In this document: positions 39,359-49,036 of the stretch, piece after piece
How positions within the stretch are numbered: position 1 is the stretch's first letter
Layout: each line of letters starts with the position of its first letter
Assembly: GCA_963770565.1 (NCBI GenBank)
Contig: CAVYQE010000011.1
Coordinates: 544,001 to 608,000 of the forward strand
Origin: an uncultured Actinomycetota bacterium
Lineage (GTDB): Bacteria > Actinomycetota > Actinomycetes > JAFAQI01
Direction of reading: 5' to 3'
Length of the DNA stretch: 64,000 nt
Made by a program: the position numbers and the translations under genes
Notes under the pieces: generated by a model
Databases searched by the model: none
Seen by the model: only the letters and a program-made list of their open reading frames with translations
Told to the model about the DNA's origin: nothing

Positions 39359-41223
39359 TCGAGGCTGAGCGCTCCGGTCGCGTCCTGGATCAGCTCGACC
39401 GGCAGCCGCTCCGCCGGCGGTCCGCCGATCTCACCGATCCGCAGCCACACCCCCCAGCGTCCTGGTGACCCTGGCAGTTCGGGTACTCGGGCGTCGATCG
39501 TGGCGCCGTCCGGCCTGATCTGCATGGTCGCGCGGCAGCTGACGACGCCACCGTCGGGACCGTCGAGTGGGGCGAGGATCAGGTCGGTCGGTGCCTGGTC
39601 GGACTCCGGCCCGAGCACGCCGGTGACCGGCAGGGTGATCCGGCGGTCGGCGCCGATCGATGGCGGAGCAGACCGGGCGAGAGCGATCGAGGCGCTGAGC
39701 GAGCGGACCGATTCGTCGATGTCGAGATGAAGGATGGGCGGCTGCGAGCCGGTCGTGAACGTGGCCGCGGAATGGAGGCCGGACTCACTGACCTGCACCC
39801 ACGCGCTGCTCGCCGTACTCGCTTCCGTCAGTCCGATCGGAGCGGTCCGGGACAGCCCGGCGACGGTCGTACGCAACCGGAGGCTCCAGCGGCCCGGCGT
39901 CAGTGCCGCGCCTCCCATCACGGTGGCGGGGTCGAGCTCGACCTCGCCGTGGATGCGCGGATGGCCGTCGTCGATGGCGAAGCGGAGTCCCGCAGTCGTC
40001 GACCACAGCGCCGCGTCCGCGAACGACACGGTCGCCAGGTCGAGATCGAGGTCCTCGTCGTCGGCCGAGGTGAGTCGTCGGTCAGCCGGGTCGGTGCCCG
40101 GCGCGAGCGAATGCGGGAGGAGCCAGCCGGCATCGTCGCGTTCGAGTTGTAGCGGCTGGTCGCGCCAGGACAGCCCGGCCTCGAGCGCGAGCACGAGCCG
40201 GCCGTCTCGCCACAGCGGCGGCGCGGCCGTCGCGCGCAACCGGATCGCTTCGACGCCCTCGGCGAAGGCGACCAGCCCGGCGATGTCGTTGTCGAGCAGC
40301 AGCCGTGACTGGACCCGCTGGAAGGCGGGCAAGCGATCGCGGAACTCCGGATCGAAGCGGGTGGCGGCGAGCGCCCGCACCTCGCTGACCAACTCCGCTC
40401 GATAGTCCGGCTCGTAGCTCAGCATGGCCGGGCCGCGGAGCCGTCCGAGCATCTCGTTCCGGTAGAAGCGGGACAGGACCGCCGCCCGGGTCTCGGCGGA
40501 TTCGACGGCGGCGTCGACCAGATCGAAGATGCCGGCCAGCTCCCGGTAGTAGTCGGCCGGCACGATCGGGGTGTCGCCGTGATGATGACCACTCGTACGC
40601 CGGCGCCGGTAGAGGTAGCAGACGAGGTCACCGACGATGGCCACAGACCGGGCCCGCGCATAGGCCTCGATGCACAGTCGCTGGTCCTCGATGTAGTGCG
40701 GGCCCTCGGGAAGCCGGATCCCGTGGTCAGCGAGGAAAGCGCGGCGGAACATCTTGCAGACGGTGAGGTTGAGCATCAGCGGGGAGTCGTCGAGGGTGCG
40801 GCCGGTGACAGTACGCCGGAACAGCGGTTGGTGGATCCCGCGGAAGTCGCTGGCGAGCTTGCCGATCACGATGTCGGCGGCTGAGGAGTCGGCGATCTCG
40901 AGCTGGTGCTCCAGCGCTCGCGGCGCGAGCGCGTCGTCGCTGTCGAGGAACTGGATGTAGCGACCACCAGCGGCGTCGATACCGATGTTGCGCGCCCGAC
41001 CCGGCCCGCCGCGTTCCGGCAGGTGATGGACGGTGGCCCAGCCGGAATGTCGCGCGACCCAGTCGTCGACCCGCGAGCCACTGCCGTCCGTGCTCCCGTC
41101 GTCGACCAGGACCACCTCGAACCGATCGCGGGGCAGGGTCTGATCGCGCAGTGATCCCAGGCAGTCTTCGAGATTGGGCCCCGGGTTGTAGAACGGGACA
41201 ACCACGCTGACGTCGAGAGGCAT
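39328..41223 (-). CDS. Glycosyltransferase family 2 with long C-terminal extension (TarS-like architecture)
   Basis: VSVVVPFYN, VDDGSTDGS, ARNIG, FLDSDD, IEDQ. Confidence 0.9.
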   Translation of the reverse strand: MPLDVSVVVPFYNPGPNLEDCLGSLRDQTLPRDRFEVVLVDDGSTDGSGSRVDDWVARHSGWATVHHLPERGGPGRARNIGIDAAGGRYIQFLDSDDALAPRALEHQLEIADSSAADIVIGKLASDFRGIHQPLFRRTVTGRTLDDSPLMLNLTVCKMFRRAFLADHGIRLPEGPHYIEDQRLCIEAYARARSVAIVGDLVCYLYRRRRTSGHHHGDTPIVPADYYRELAGIFDLVDAAVESAETRAAVLSRFYRNEMLGRLRGPAMLSYEPDYRAELVSEVRALAATRFDPEFRDRLPAFQRVQSRLLLDNDIAGLVAFAEGVEAIRLRATAAPPLWRDGRLVLALEAGLSWRDQPLQLERDDAGWLLPHSLAPGTDPADRRLTSADDEDLDLDLATVSFADAALWSTTAGLRFAIDDGHPRIHGEVELDPATVMGGAALTPGRWSLRLRTTVAGLSRTAPIGLTEASTASSAWVQVSESGLHSAATFTTGSQPPILHLDIDESVRSLSASIALARSAPPSIGADRRITLPVTGVLGPESDQAPTDLILAPLDGPDGGVVSCRATMQIRPDGATIDARVPELPGSPGRWGVWLRIGEIGGPPAERLPVELIQDATGALSLDPTHGPSVGS

Positions 41224-41282
41224 CCGGGTCAGTCTCGCAGACCCCTCCGACGGCCCGAGCGGTTGCGGAATATGGTCCTCTG

Positions 41283-42212
41283 GTGGCCAAGCCTGCACCG
41301 CTGACGGTGGATGACCTCGAGGACTCGATCGGTGCACTCCGCCGGATTGTCGATGAGCAGGCCTATCCGCCGATCGCCATCCAACGCGGCTATCTGCGCG
41401 ACCTACACCAGTTGCTGGCGCGGGCGGCAGCCTCGGGTGCCGACGTGCCGCAAGCGAGCCTGACCGCGTCGGTCGAGATCCTCGCGAAGTGTGAGGCCGG
41501 GGTTGCGGACGGGTTGCAGCCGCGGCTGCGCACGGCCTTCCGGTTGCTGCGGGCGGGTGCGTTCGACGCGGCCTGGGCGGTCGTGGGCGAGAACGCGATC
41601 GGTGTGGTTGACGAGCCGTTTCGGGGTTCGACGGCGACCGGCGAGCAGCGGGCGCCGTCGCGTCTGCCGCTGCTGACCCGGATCGAGAGCCTGCGGGTCT
41701 TCGCGGAGCTCCCCGGGTTTCGCGACCCTCGCTTCGATGCGCCCGACGGTTGCTACGACATCACCGCGACGATCCGGGTGCGCTTCCGGCTCGATGAGGT
41801 TGAGATCACCGACGACGCGGTGAGCTTCGGCGGCTCGGCAGCACTCAACGTCTTCCCGGCCCGTGCGGATGAAGGGGTGCGGCTGATCGCCAGCGGTCGC
41901 GGTGGCGCGTTCGCGGTCGTGGGCCGTCGGTGCCGGCAGCCGGACCTACAGCCCGGGACAGCGGACCTCAACCTCCGCCGCGAGTGGGCCGGTTGGTCGG
42001 TCCGGCTCGAGCTGGCCGATCCGCGGCTCACCCCCGGGTCCTGGGGACTGGCTCTTGAGATTGCGCATGCCGGGATCGCCCGTCGAGCCCCGATGGGGGC
42101 AAATCCCCAGCCACTGGCGAGCGCCGCGATCCGCACCGTGACCCGGGCCGGCGGCCGATCGCTCGGCTGGGAGACCCGCGACAATCAGCTGCGGCTCGTC
42201 GTCGGGGAGTGA
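41283..42212 (+). CDS. Hypothetical protein resembling the non-catalytic C-terminal part of GT2/TarS-like proteins
   Basis: FAELPGFRDP, LTPGSWGLALEI; similar to the neighbour's LTPGRWSLRLR segment. Confidence 0.65.
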   Translation: MAKPAPLTVDDLEDSIGALRRIVDEQAYPPIAIQRGYLRDLHQLLARAAASGADVPQASLTASVEILAKCEAGVADGLQPRLRTAFRLLRAGAFDAAWAVVGENAIGVVDEPFRGSTATGEQRAPSRLPLLTRIESLRVFAELPGFRDPRFDAPDGCYDITATIRVRFRLDEVEITDDAVSFGGSAALNVFPARADEGVRLIASGRGGAFAVVGRRCRQPDLQPGTADLNLRREWAGWSVRLELADPRLTPGSWGLALEIAHAGIARRAPMGANPQPLASAAIRTVTRAGGRSLGWETRDNQLRLVVGE

Positions 42213-42224
42213 CGCGAGGCCGGG

Positions 42225-42454
42225 TCAGGTCGGGTATCGACCTCGCCCGCGGCTTGCCGCGGATGGCCGCCACAGCGCGGCGCCGGCGGCGACCAGGCCG
42301 CCGGCTGCCGCGAGCGCGACCGGCGCGGGTCCAGCGAACCCATTTCCGAACAGTGCAATCGACGCGACGATGGCGGCGCCGGCGAGCACGAAACACCCGA
42401 CCGCACACAACCGCCGCGCGACCGATGGTCGACGCGGCGGTTGTTGGGACTCAC
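42225..42454 (-). CDS. Possible small two-TM protein (start unclear, possibly frameshifted)
   Basis: Hydrophobic LCAVGCFVLAGAAIVASIALF...VALAAAGGLVAAGAALW. Confidence 0.4.
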
Positions 42455-42471
42455 TGGTGTTGCTCAGTGTG

Positions 42472-42995
42472 TTACCTCTTGCGTGCGGTGGTCTTCTTCG
42501 CGGCGGCCTTGCGAGCCGGTGCGCGTCGTGCAGTGGTCTTGCGGGCCGTCGTCTTCTTGGCGACGGTCTTGCGTGCGGTCGTCTTGCGGGCCGCGGTCTT
42601 GCGCGCTGGTGCGCGCTTGGCCGGAGCCTTCTTCGCCGCGGTCTTGCGGCGGTCGTCTTGCGCGCGGTCGTCTTGCGCGCGGTGGTCTTACGCGCAGTCG
42701 TCTTCTTGGCCGCGGTCTTGCGCGCGGTCGTCTTGCGCGCGGTGGTCTTCTTGGCCGCGGTCTTGCGTGCGGTGGTCTTCTTCGCGGCGGCCTTGCGAGC
42801 CGGTGCGCGTCGTGCAGTGGTCTTGCGGGCCGTCGTCTTCTTGGCGGCGGTCTTGCGTGCTGGTGCGCGCTTTGCCGGAGCCTTCTTGGCGGCGGCCTTG
42901 CGTGCTGGTGCGCGCTTCGCCGGAGCCTTCTTGGCCGCGGTTCTGCGTGCGGTGGTCTTGCGTGCAGTGGTCTTCTTTGCCGCTGCTCTTGCCAC
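42472..42995 (-). CDS. Histone H1-like Lys/Arg/Ala/Thr repeat protein (one-base frameshift near 42649)
   Basis: AGGGGG RBS before GTG; KTTAR/KTAAK/KAPAK/RAPAR pentapeptides; adding one G gives 174 aa ending TARKR-TAA. Confidence 0.85.
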
Positions 42996-43354
42996 GTGAG
43001 CCCCCTAGCTCGAATAGTGGAGGACTGTGCTGCTCGCAACTGTTTCATCGAATGTCGGCTCATTCCATTACCGCGCGTGTGAACGCAATGCGTGTCGCGC
43101 GACCGGTTTGGCGCGCGCAACCCAGTCGACATCGGGGTCGCATTGACGGTGACCGCGAGAACGTCAATGTTCGCAACGCGTTTGAGTGCGTGTGAGCGCT
43201 CAACACACGCTGGAAAACGCGCTTTATGGGGGTGGCGGCGCGCAAAAACTTTCTTGCGACTGGGACGATGCGACAGCTGACAATGCCGGTCGAAACGGAG
43301 GATTCGTGCGCACAACACCCGACCCGGAAGTGCAGACGGCGCGTGCAGGTTTGA

Positions 43355-44170
43355 GTGTCACGGACGTTTGACGACGACGCCGGCAACCGCGTTACTGTCA
43401 CCGACCTGACCACTTCGGTGATCAGCCTGGTGCCGTCTCTCACCGAGGCAATTGCAATGACTGCACCAGGTCTGCTCGTCGCGGCGACCGACTGGTGCAC
43501 GCACCCGCCGACACTCGGCGTCGCACGGATCGGTGGCACGAAGAATCCACGGGTCGATGACATCGTCGCGCTCGGCGCGGATGTCGTGATCGCGAATGAC
43601 GAGGAGAATCGCGAGGCCGACATCACCGCACTGCGTGCGGCCGGTCTGCCGGTATGGGTGACGGCGCCGCGGACCCTGCCCGGTGCGTTCGTCTCACTCG
43701 ATCGGATGTTGCGCTTCGCATGCGGTCTTGCCCGTCCGGACTGGCTCGACGCCGCGACCGCCGCGTGGCATGGCGGGTACGCCGGGCCGCGCCGCCGCGC
43801 CGCGGTATTGATATGGCGCCGACCGTGGATGGCGGTCGGACGAGACACCTTCGCCGGCGACGTGCTCGCGCGTCTCGGTGTCGACAACGTGTTGGCCGAC
43901 TCGACCGAGCGTTATCCGCAGGTGGACCTCGCGGAGTTGCGCGACCGCCGGCCCGATCTCATCGTCCTTCCCGACGAGCCCTATGCATTCGGCTGGTCGG
44001 ACGGTCCGGAAGCCTTCGCCGACTGGGCAGTGCCGATCGCGTGCGTGAGCGGCCGGCACTTGACCTGGTACGGCCCTTCGCTGATCGAGGCGCGCGCGAT
44101 CCTGACCCGCCAGCTCGCCGAGGCGCGCGAGGGACGGGCCTACTCGAACGAGTGCTCGGGTCCCGGGTAG
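43355..44170 (+). CDS. Helical backbone metal receptor (BtuF-like substrate-binding family)
   Basis: [43 protein letters not shown]. Confidence 0.88.
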   Translation: MSRTFDDDAGNRVTVTDLTTSVISLVPSLTEAIAMTAPGLLVAATDWCTHPPTLGVARIGGTKNPRVDDIVALGADVVIANDEENREADITALRAAGLPVWVTAPRTLPGAFVSLDRMLRFACGLARPDWLDAATAAWHGGYAGPRRRAAVLIWRRPWMAVGRDTFAGDVLARLGVDNVLADSTERYPQVDLAELRDRRPDLIVLPDEPYAFGWSDGPEAFADWAVPIACVSGRHLTWYGPSLIEARAILTRQLAEAREGRAYSNECSGPG

Positions 44171-44985
44171 ATGCCGTCGGCGACGTCGTCGGCGTATGCC
44201 CGGGCGGCGGCTGTGATCACCGAACGGACGTCGGCATAGCGCTTGACGAACCGCGGGGTCGGGCCGGAGTTGAGACCGGCCATGTCGGTCCACACCATGA
44301 CCTGGGCATCGCACTCGGGTCCGGCACCGATCCCGATCGTCGGGATCTTGACCTCCTTGGTGATCTGACCGGCGACGTCGGTCGGAATCATCTCGAGCAC
44401 GATCGCGAAGGCACCGGCCTCCTGCAGTGCCAGTGCATCGTTGAGCAAACGCTCGGCGGAGTCACCACGGCCCTGCACCCGGTAGCCACCGAGACCGTGC
44501 TCGCTCTGTGGCGTGAAGCCGATGTGCGCCATGACGGGCACACCGGCGTCGACGATCGCTCGCACCTGACGCAAGACCGGCGCGCCACCTTCGAGCTTGA
44601 CCGCCTGCGCGCCGCCTTCCTTCATGAACCGGATCGCGGTCTGTAGCGCCTGCTCCGCGGACACCTGGTAGGAGCCGAACGGCAGATCGGCGACGATCAA
44701 CGACGAGCGGGTCGAGCGGACCACGGCGCGAACCAGTGGCAACAACTCGTCCACGGTCACGGGCAACGTCGTGTCGAGACCGAACACGTTGTTGGCTGCG
44801 GAGTCACCGACCAGCAACGCCGGGATCCCGACCTCGTCGAAGATCGACGCGGCATGCATGTCGTAGGCGGTGAGCATCGCCCACCGCTCGCCTCGGTCCT
44901 TCATGGCCTGCAAGTGATGGGTACGGATCCGGCGGACCGTGTTGTTGCGTGGGCTGCCGTACGGCGAAATCCCGCCCTCGGTCAT
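44140..44985 (-). CDS. panB: 3-methyl-2-oxobutanoate hydroxymethyltransferase
   Basis: [41 protein letters not shown]. Confidence 0.97.
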   Translation of the reverse strand: MTEGGISPYGSPRNNTVRRIRTHHLQAMKDRGERWAMLTAYDMHAASIFDEVGIPALLVGDSAANNVFGLDTTLPVTVDELLPLVRAVVRSTRSSLIVADLPFGSYQVSAEQALQTAIRFMKEGGAQAVKLEGGAPVLRQVRAIVDAGVPVMAHIGFTPQSEHGLGGYRVQGRGDSAERLLNDALALQEAGAFAIVLEMIPTDVAGQITKEVKIPTIGIGAGPECDAQVMVWTDMAGLNSGPTPRFVKRYADVRSVITAAARAYADDVADGIYPGPEHSFE

Positions 44986-44999
44986 GAGATGTCCTCCTC

Positions 45000-45027
45000 G
45001 TCTCGAGGCCCGTTCGGGTCCCCGGAC
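45000..45027 (-). ncRNA. Candidate cis-regulatory hairpin resembling the pan RNA motif
   Basis: GUC-CGGGG-A-CCC-GAAC-GGG-CCUCG-A-GAC: two bulged A residues, directly 5' of the GAGGAGG SD of panB. Confidence 0.5.
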
Positions 45028-45052
45028 AACGACCAGTGTGCCACCTTGGTGG

Positions 45053-46846
45053 CTAAGTAGGTGACTTGCCGGTCGGTTCGCGCCAGGCATTCGTGATCGG
45101 CAGCCGGCGGTCCCGGCCGAAGCCCTTCGATGTCACCTTCGGCCCGGGTGGGTACTGGCGCCGTTTGTACTCGGCGGTATCGACGAGTCGGATGACGCGG
45201 TCGACGAGCGCGGGCTCGTAGCCCGACGCGACCAGCTCGTCGTGCCCGCGATCGTGCTCGACATAGTCATCGAGCAACCGGTCCAGGACCTCGTAGTCCG
45301 GCAGACGGTCGGAGTCGAGCTGTTCGGGGGCGAGCTCGGCCGACGGTGGCTTGTCGATGATCTCGCCGGGGATCGGCTCGACCTCGCCCCGGTCGCGCGC
45401 CTGCGCGTTGCGCCAGCGGGCGAGAGCCCACACCATCGTCTTGGGGACGTCCTTGATGGGTGCGAAACCGCCCGCGCTGTCGCCGTACAGCGTGGAGAAG
45501 CCGGTGGCGAGCTCGCTCTTGTTTCCGGTGGTGAGCACCAGGTGGCCGCACTCGTTGGACAGCGCCATCAGGGACAGCCCGCGCAGCCGGGCCTGGAGGT
45601 TCTCCTCGGCCAGGCCGTGCAGGCCGCCGGTCGGCGTCTCGGTGAAGGCCTTGTCGACGCTGTCGACCATCGACTCGATCGGGATCAACATCCAGGACAA
45701 CCGCTGCCGGGTCGCGAGCTCCTCGGCGTCGGTGACGCTGCCGGCCGAGGAATAGCGGCTCGGCATCCCGACCACCGTGACCGCGTCGGGGCCAAGCGCG
45801 TCGGCCGCGATCGTCGCGACCAGGGCCGAGTCGATTCCACCGGAGAGCCCGATGACGACGGAGGTGAAGCGGTTCTTGCGCACGTAGTCGCGGGTGCCGG
45901 TCAGAAGCGCGGCCCACACTTCGGCGAGGTCGTCGAGGCGTTCCGCCACGACGGCCGGCTCCGGCGTACGGTCGCCGATCGGCGCCGCATCGACGACGAT
46001 CCGCTCGACCCGCATCCGGGTGCCGTCGGCGGCATCGACGTCTCCGAGGAGATCGGAGGTCGCGGCCCGGAGCTCGAGATCGGCCACCAGCAAGTGGGAC
46101 TCGAACTGCGGCGCGCGGGCCACCACGTCGCCGGCGGCCGTCACGATCATCGAGTCGCCGTCGAAGACCAGCTCGTCCTGACCGCCGACCAGGTTGACGT
46201 AGGCCAAAGTTGCGCCGGCTTCCGCAGCGCGGGTCTGGTTCAACGTCAGCCGGACGTCGTCCTTGTTGCGTTCGTACGGCGAGCCGTTGATGCACAGCAC
46301 CAACCCGGCATCCGCCGCGCGGGCAACCGCGACCGGCCCGCCGTCCTGCCACAGGTCTTCGCAGATCGTGGTCGCGATGTCGACGCCGTTCAGCCGCACG
46401 ATCGGCAACCGGTCGCCGGGTACGAAGTACCGAACCTCGTCGAACACCCCGTAGTTGGGCAGGTGGTGTTTCGCGTAGCGGGCGACGACCGCGCCGCCCG
46501 CGATAACGGCAGCCGCGTTCTGCGGCTCGCCGGCCGGACGGCCCACTCGCGGGATCGCGTCGGGGCAGCGGTCGACGTACCCGACGACCACCACGATGCC
46601 GCCGAGGCCCTCCTCGGCGAGCCGGCCGGCCAGCGCGTCGAGCGCGGCCCGCGAGGCGTCGACGAAGGACCGGCGAAGGACCAGGTCCTCGGGCGGGTAT
46701 CCGGTCAGCGCCAGCTCGGGAAACACCGCGAGGTCGGCGGCGCGCTCAGCCGCTCCGCGGGTGGCTTCGACGATGATGTCGGAATTCGCGGCGAGGTCGC
46801 CGACCGTGGTGTTGACCTGCGCCAGCGCGATCCGCAACCGAGGCAC
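45053..46846 (-). CDS. nadE: Glutamine-dependent NAD+ synthetase
   Basis: Nitrilase-like N domain ([22 protein letters not shown]); [29 protein letters not shown]. Confidence 0.97.
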   Translation of the reverse strand: MPRLRIALAQVNTTVGDLAANSDIIVEATRGAAERAADLAVFPELALTGYPPEDLVLRRSFVDASRAALDALAGRLAEEGLGGIVVVVGYVDRCPDAIPRVGRPAGEPQNAAAVIAGGAVVARYAKHHLPNYGVFDEVRYFVPGDRLPIVRLNGVDIATTICEDLWQDGGPVAVARAADAGLVLCINGSPYERNKDDVRLTLNQTRAAEAGATLAYVNLVGGQDELVFDGDSMIVTAAGDVVARAPQFESHLLVADLELRAATSDLLGDVDAADGTRMRVERIVVDAAPIGDRTPEPAVVAERLDDLAEVWAALLTGTRDYVRKNRFTSVVIGLSGGIDSALVATIAADALGPDAVTVVGMPSRYSSAGSVTDAEELATRQRLSWMLIPIESMVDSVDKAFTETPTGGLHGLAEENLQARLRGLSLMALSNECGHLVLTTGNKSELATGFSTLYGDSAGGFAPIKDVPKTMVWALARWRNAQARDRGEVEPIPGEIIDKPPSAELAPEQLDSDRLPDYEVLDRLLDDYVEHDRGHDELVASGYEPALVDRVIRLVDTAEYKRRQYPPGPKVTSKGFGRDRRLPITNAWREPTGKSPT

Positions 46847-46951
46847 GGCTCCAGGGTAGGCCGTCGCGGGCGAGCGTGATCACGCCATCGTGATCGAAGC
46901 CGCGGGCGCGCCGATATCCCCTTGTAACACGCGCGCCGTACGCTGAAGGGC

Positions 46952-48292
46952 ATGGATCGCCAGCAGGAGTTCGTGCTGCGCACCATCGAAGAGCGAGAGA
47001 TTCGTTTCGTCCGGTTGTGGTTCACCGACGTGCTGGGTTTCTTGAAGTCGGTGGCGATCGCGCCGGCCGAGCTCGAAGGGGCGTTCGCCGAGGGGATCGG
47101 CTTCGACGGGTCCGCGGTCGAGGGCTTCGCCAGGGTCCACGAGTCCGACATGCTGGCTCGCCCTGACCCGTCGACCTTCCAGGTCTTGCCCTGGCGGGAG
47201 GAGCAACCGGGCACCGGGCGGATGTTCTGCGACATCTTGATGCCCGACGGTTCGCCGTCGTACGTCGATCCACGCCACGTGCTCCGCCGGTCGATGCAGC
47301 GCGCGGCCGATCTCGGCTTCACCTTCTATGTCCACCCGGAGGTCGAGTTCTTCCTGCTCCGTGGCCGCCCGACGCCGGAGGAGATCCTGCCGGCGCCGAT
47401 CGACTCCGGCGGCTACTTCGACCAGACCCCGCACGACCTCGGGCACGACTTCCGTCGCGACGCCATCACGATGCTCGAGCGGATGGGCATCAGCGTGGAG
47501 TTCAGCCACCACGAGGTCGCGCCGGGGCAGCAGGAGATCGACCTTCGTTACGCCGATGCGCTGACGACCGCCGACAACCTGATGACGATGCGCTTGGTCG
47601 TTAAGGAGGTCGCGCTCGCGCAGGGTGTCTACGCGTCGTTCATGCCGAAGCCGTTCGCCGACCAGCCCGGCTCGGCGATGCACACTCACCTGTCGCTGTT
47701 CGAGGGCGATCGCAACGCGTTTCACGACGGCAGCGATCCGCTGTCGTTGTCGAAGGTGGGACGTGCATTCGTCGCGGGACTGCTCACCCACGCGCCCGAA
47801 TACACCGCGGTCACCAACCAGTGGGTGAACTCCTACAAGCGGCTCTGGGGTGGTGGCGAGGCGCCGGCGTACGTCTGCTGGGGTCGCAACAATCGCTCGG
47901 CGTTGATCCGGATCCCGATGTACAAGCCGCAGAAGGGCAACTCCACCCGGATCGAGATCCGCTCGCCCGACTCGGCCTGCAATCCCTATCTGACGTACGC
48001 CGTGCTGCTCGCGGCCGGCCTGAAGGGAATCGAAGAAGGCTACGAGCTGCCGGATGGTGCGGAGGACGACGTGTGGGCACTCACCGACGCTGAGCGCCGG
48101 GCCATGGGCATCCCGCCGCTGCCGGGATCGCTGGCCGATGCGATCGGCGCGATGGAACGCTCGGAGCTGATGGCCGAGACGCTCGGTGAAGGGGTGTTCG
48201 ACTGGTTCCTGCGCAACAAGCGCACGGAGTGGGACGACTACCGCAGCCAGGTGACCCCGTTCGAGCTCAAGCGCTACCTCCCGGTCCTGTAG
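46952..48292 (+). CDS. glnA2: Type I glutamine synthetase family protein (GlnA2 type)
   Basis: MDRQQEFVLR start, FDGSAVEGFAR, HHEVAPGQQEID, FMPKP, NRSALIRIP, EIRSPD.ACNPY. Confidence 0.95.
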   Translation: MDRQQEFVLRTIEEREIRFVRLWFTDVLGFLKSVAIAPAELEGAFAEGIGFDGSAVEGFARVHESDMLARPDPSTFQVLPWREEQPGTGRMFCDILMPDGSPSYVDPRHVLRRSMQRAADLGFTFYVHPEVEFFLLRGRPTPEEILPAPIDSGGYFDQTPHDLGHDFRRDAITMLERMGISVEFSHHEVAPGQQEIDLRYADALTTADNLMTMRLVVKEVALAQGVYASFMPKPFADQPGSAMHTHLSLFEGDRNAFHDGSDPLSLSKVGRAFVAGLLTHAPEYTAVTNQWVNSYKRLWGGGEAPAYVCWGRNNRSALIRIPMYKPQKGNSTRIEIRSPDSACNPYLTYAVLLAAGLKGIEEGYELPDGAEDDVWALTDAERRAMGIPPLPGSLADAIGAMERSELMAETLGEGVFDWFLRNKRTEWDDYRSQVTPFELKRYLPVL

Positions 48293-48305
48293 GGGATGCG
48301 ATCAG

Positions 48306-48974
48306 ATGGCGCGCGTGCATGTCGTCCAACACACGGTGACCGAAGGGCTCGGCCTGCTGGCTGACTGGTTGCCGGCGTTCGGCGTCGACGTCCACCCGAC
48401 GCATCCCTATCTCGGGAACCGGGTGCCGCCGTCGGTCGAAGGCGATGCGCTGATCGTCCTGGGCGGGCCGATGGGTGCCCTCGACGACGAGGCCGCCCCG
48501 TGGCTGCCCTCGGTCCGGGAGTTGTTGGCGAGCGCGGTCGATGACGGTGTCCCGACGATTGGGATCTGCCTGGGCGCCCAGTTGCTCGCCGTCGTGGCCG
48601 GAGGCGCGGTCGAGCGCGGCCAGGCAGGCCCGGAGATCGGGCTCGGCGAGGTCACCGTGCCGACCGGCGACGAGCTGTTGAACCCGGGCGTGATGCCGGT
48701 GGTGCAGTGGCACTACGACGCGATCACGAACCTCCCGGAGTCGGTCGAGGTATTGGCGTCGAACGACTGCTATCCGGTGCAGGCGTTCCGCGTGGGCGAG
48801 GTGGCGTGGGGGTTGCAGTTCCACGTCGAGACCACGGCTGAGATGGTGCGGGGCTGGGCCATCGAGGACGGAATGGACCCCTCGATCGGCGATCCGATCG
48901 CGTTCGCGGCCGGTCGGCTGGCTGAGGTCAACGAAGCGATCGCGCGGCGGTTCGCGGCGATCATCACCGGCTGA
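48306..48974 (+). CDS. Type 1 glutamine amidotransferase
   Basis: VLGGPMG, GICLGAQ nucleophile, GLQFHVE. Confidence 0.9.
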   Translation: MARVHVVQHTVTEGLGLLADWLPAFGVDVHPTHPYLGNRVPPSVEGDALIVLGGPMGALDDEAAPWLPSVRELLASAVDDGVPTIGICLGAQLLAVVAGGAVERGQAGPEIGLGEVTVPTGDELLNPGVMPVVQWHYDAITNLPESVEVLASNDCYPVQAFRVGEVAWGLQFHVETTAEMVRGWAIEDGMDPSIGDPIAFAAGRLAEVNEAIARRFAAIITG

Positions 48975-49036
48975 GCACCTCCTCGCTCGATCGAGCGCGG
49001 AGCCACGGGTCCGAGCCCGGCAGTAGCGTTCCCGAT

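Noticed and set aside
42225-42995. H1-like protein fused to a TM domain (256-aa ORF)
   Set aside because: The fusion arises from a one-base slip near 42649; the repeat register resumes in another frame and ends at 42472
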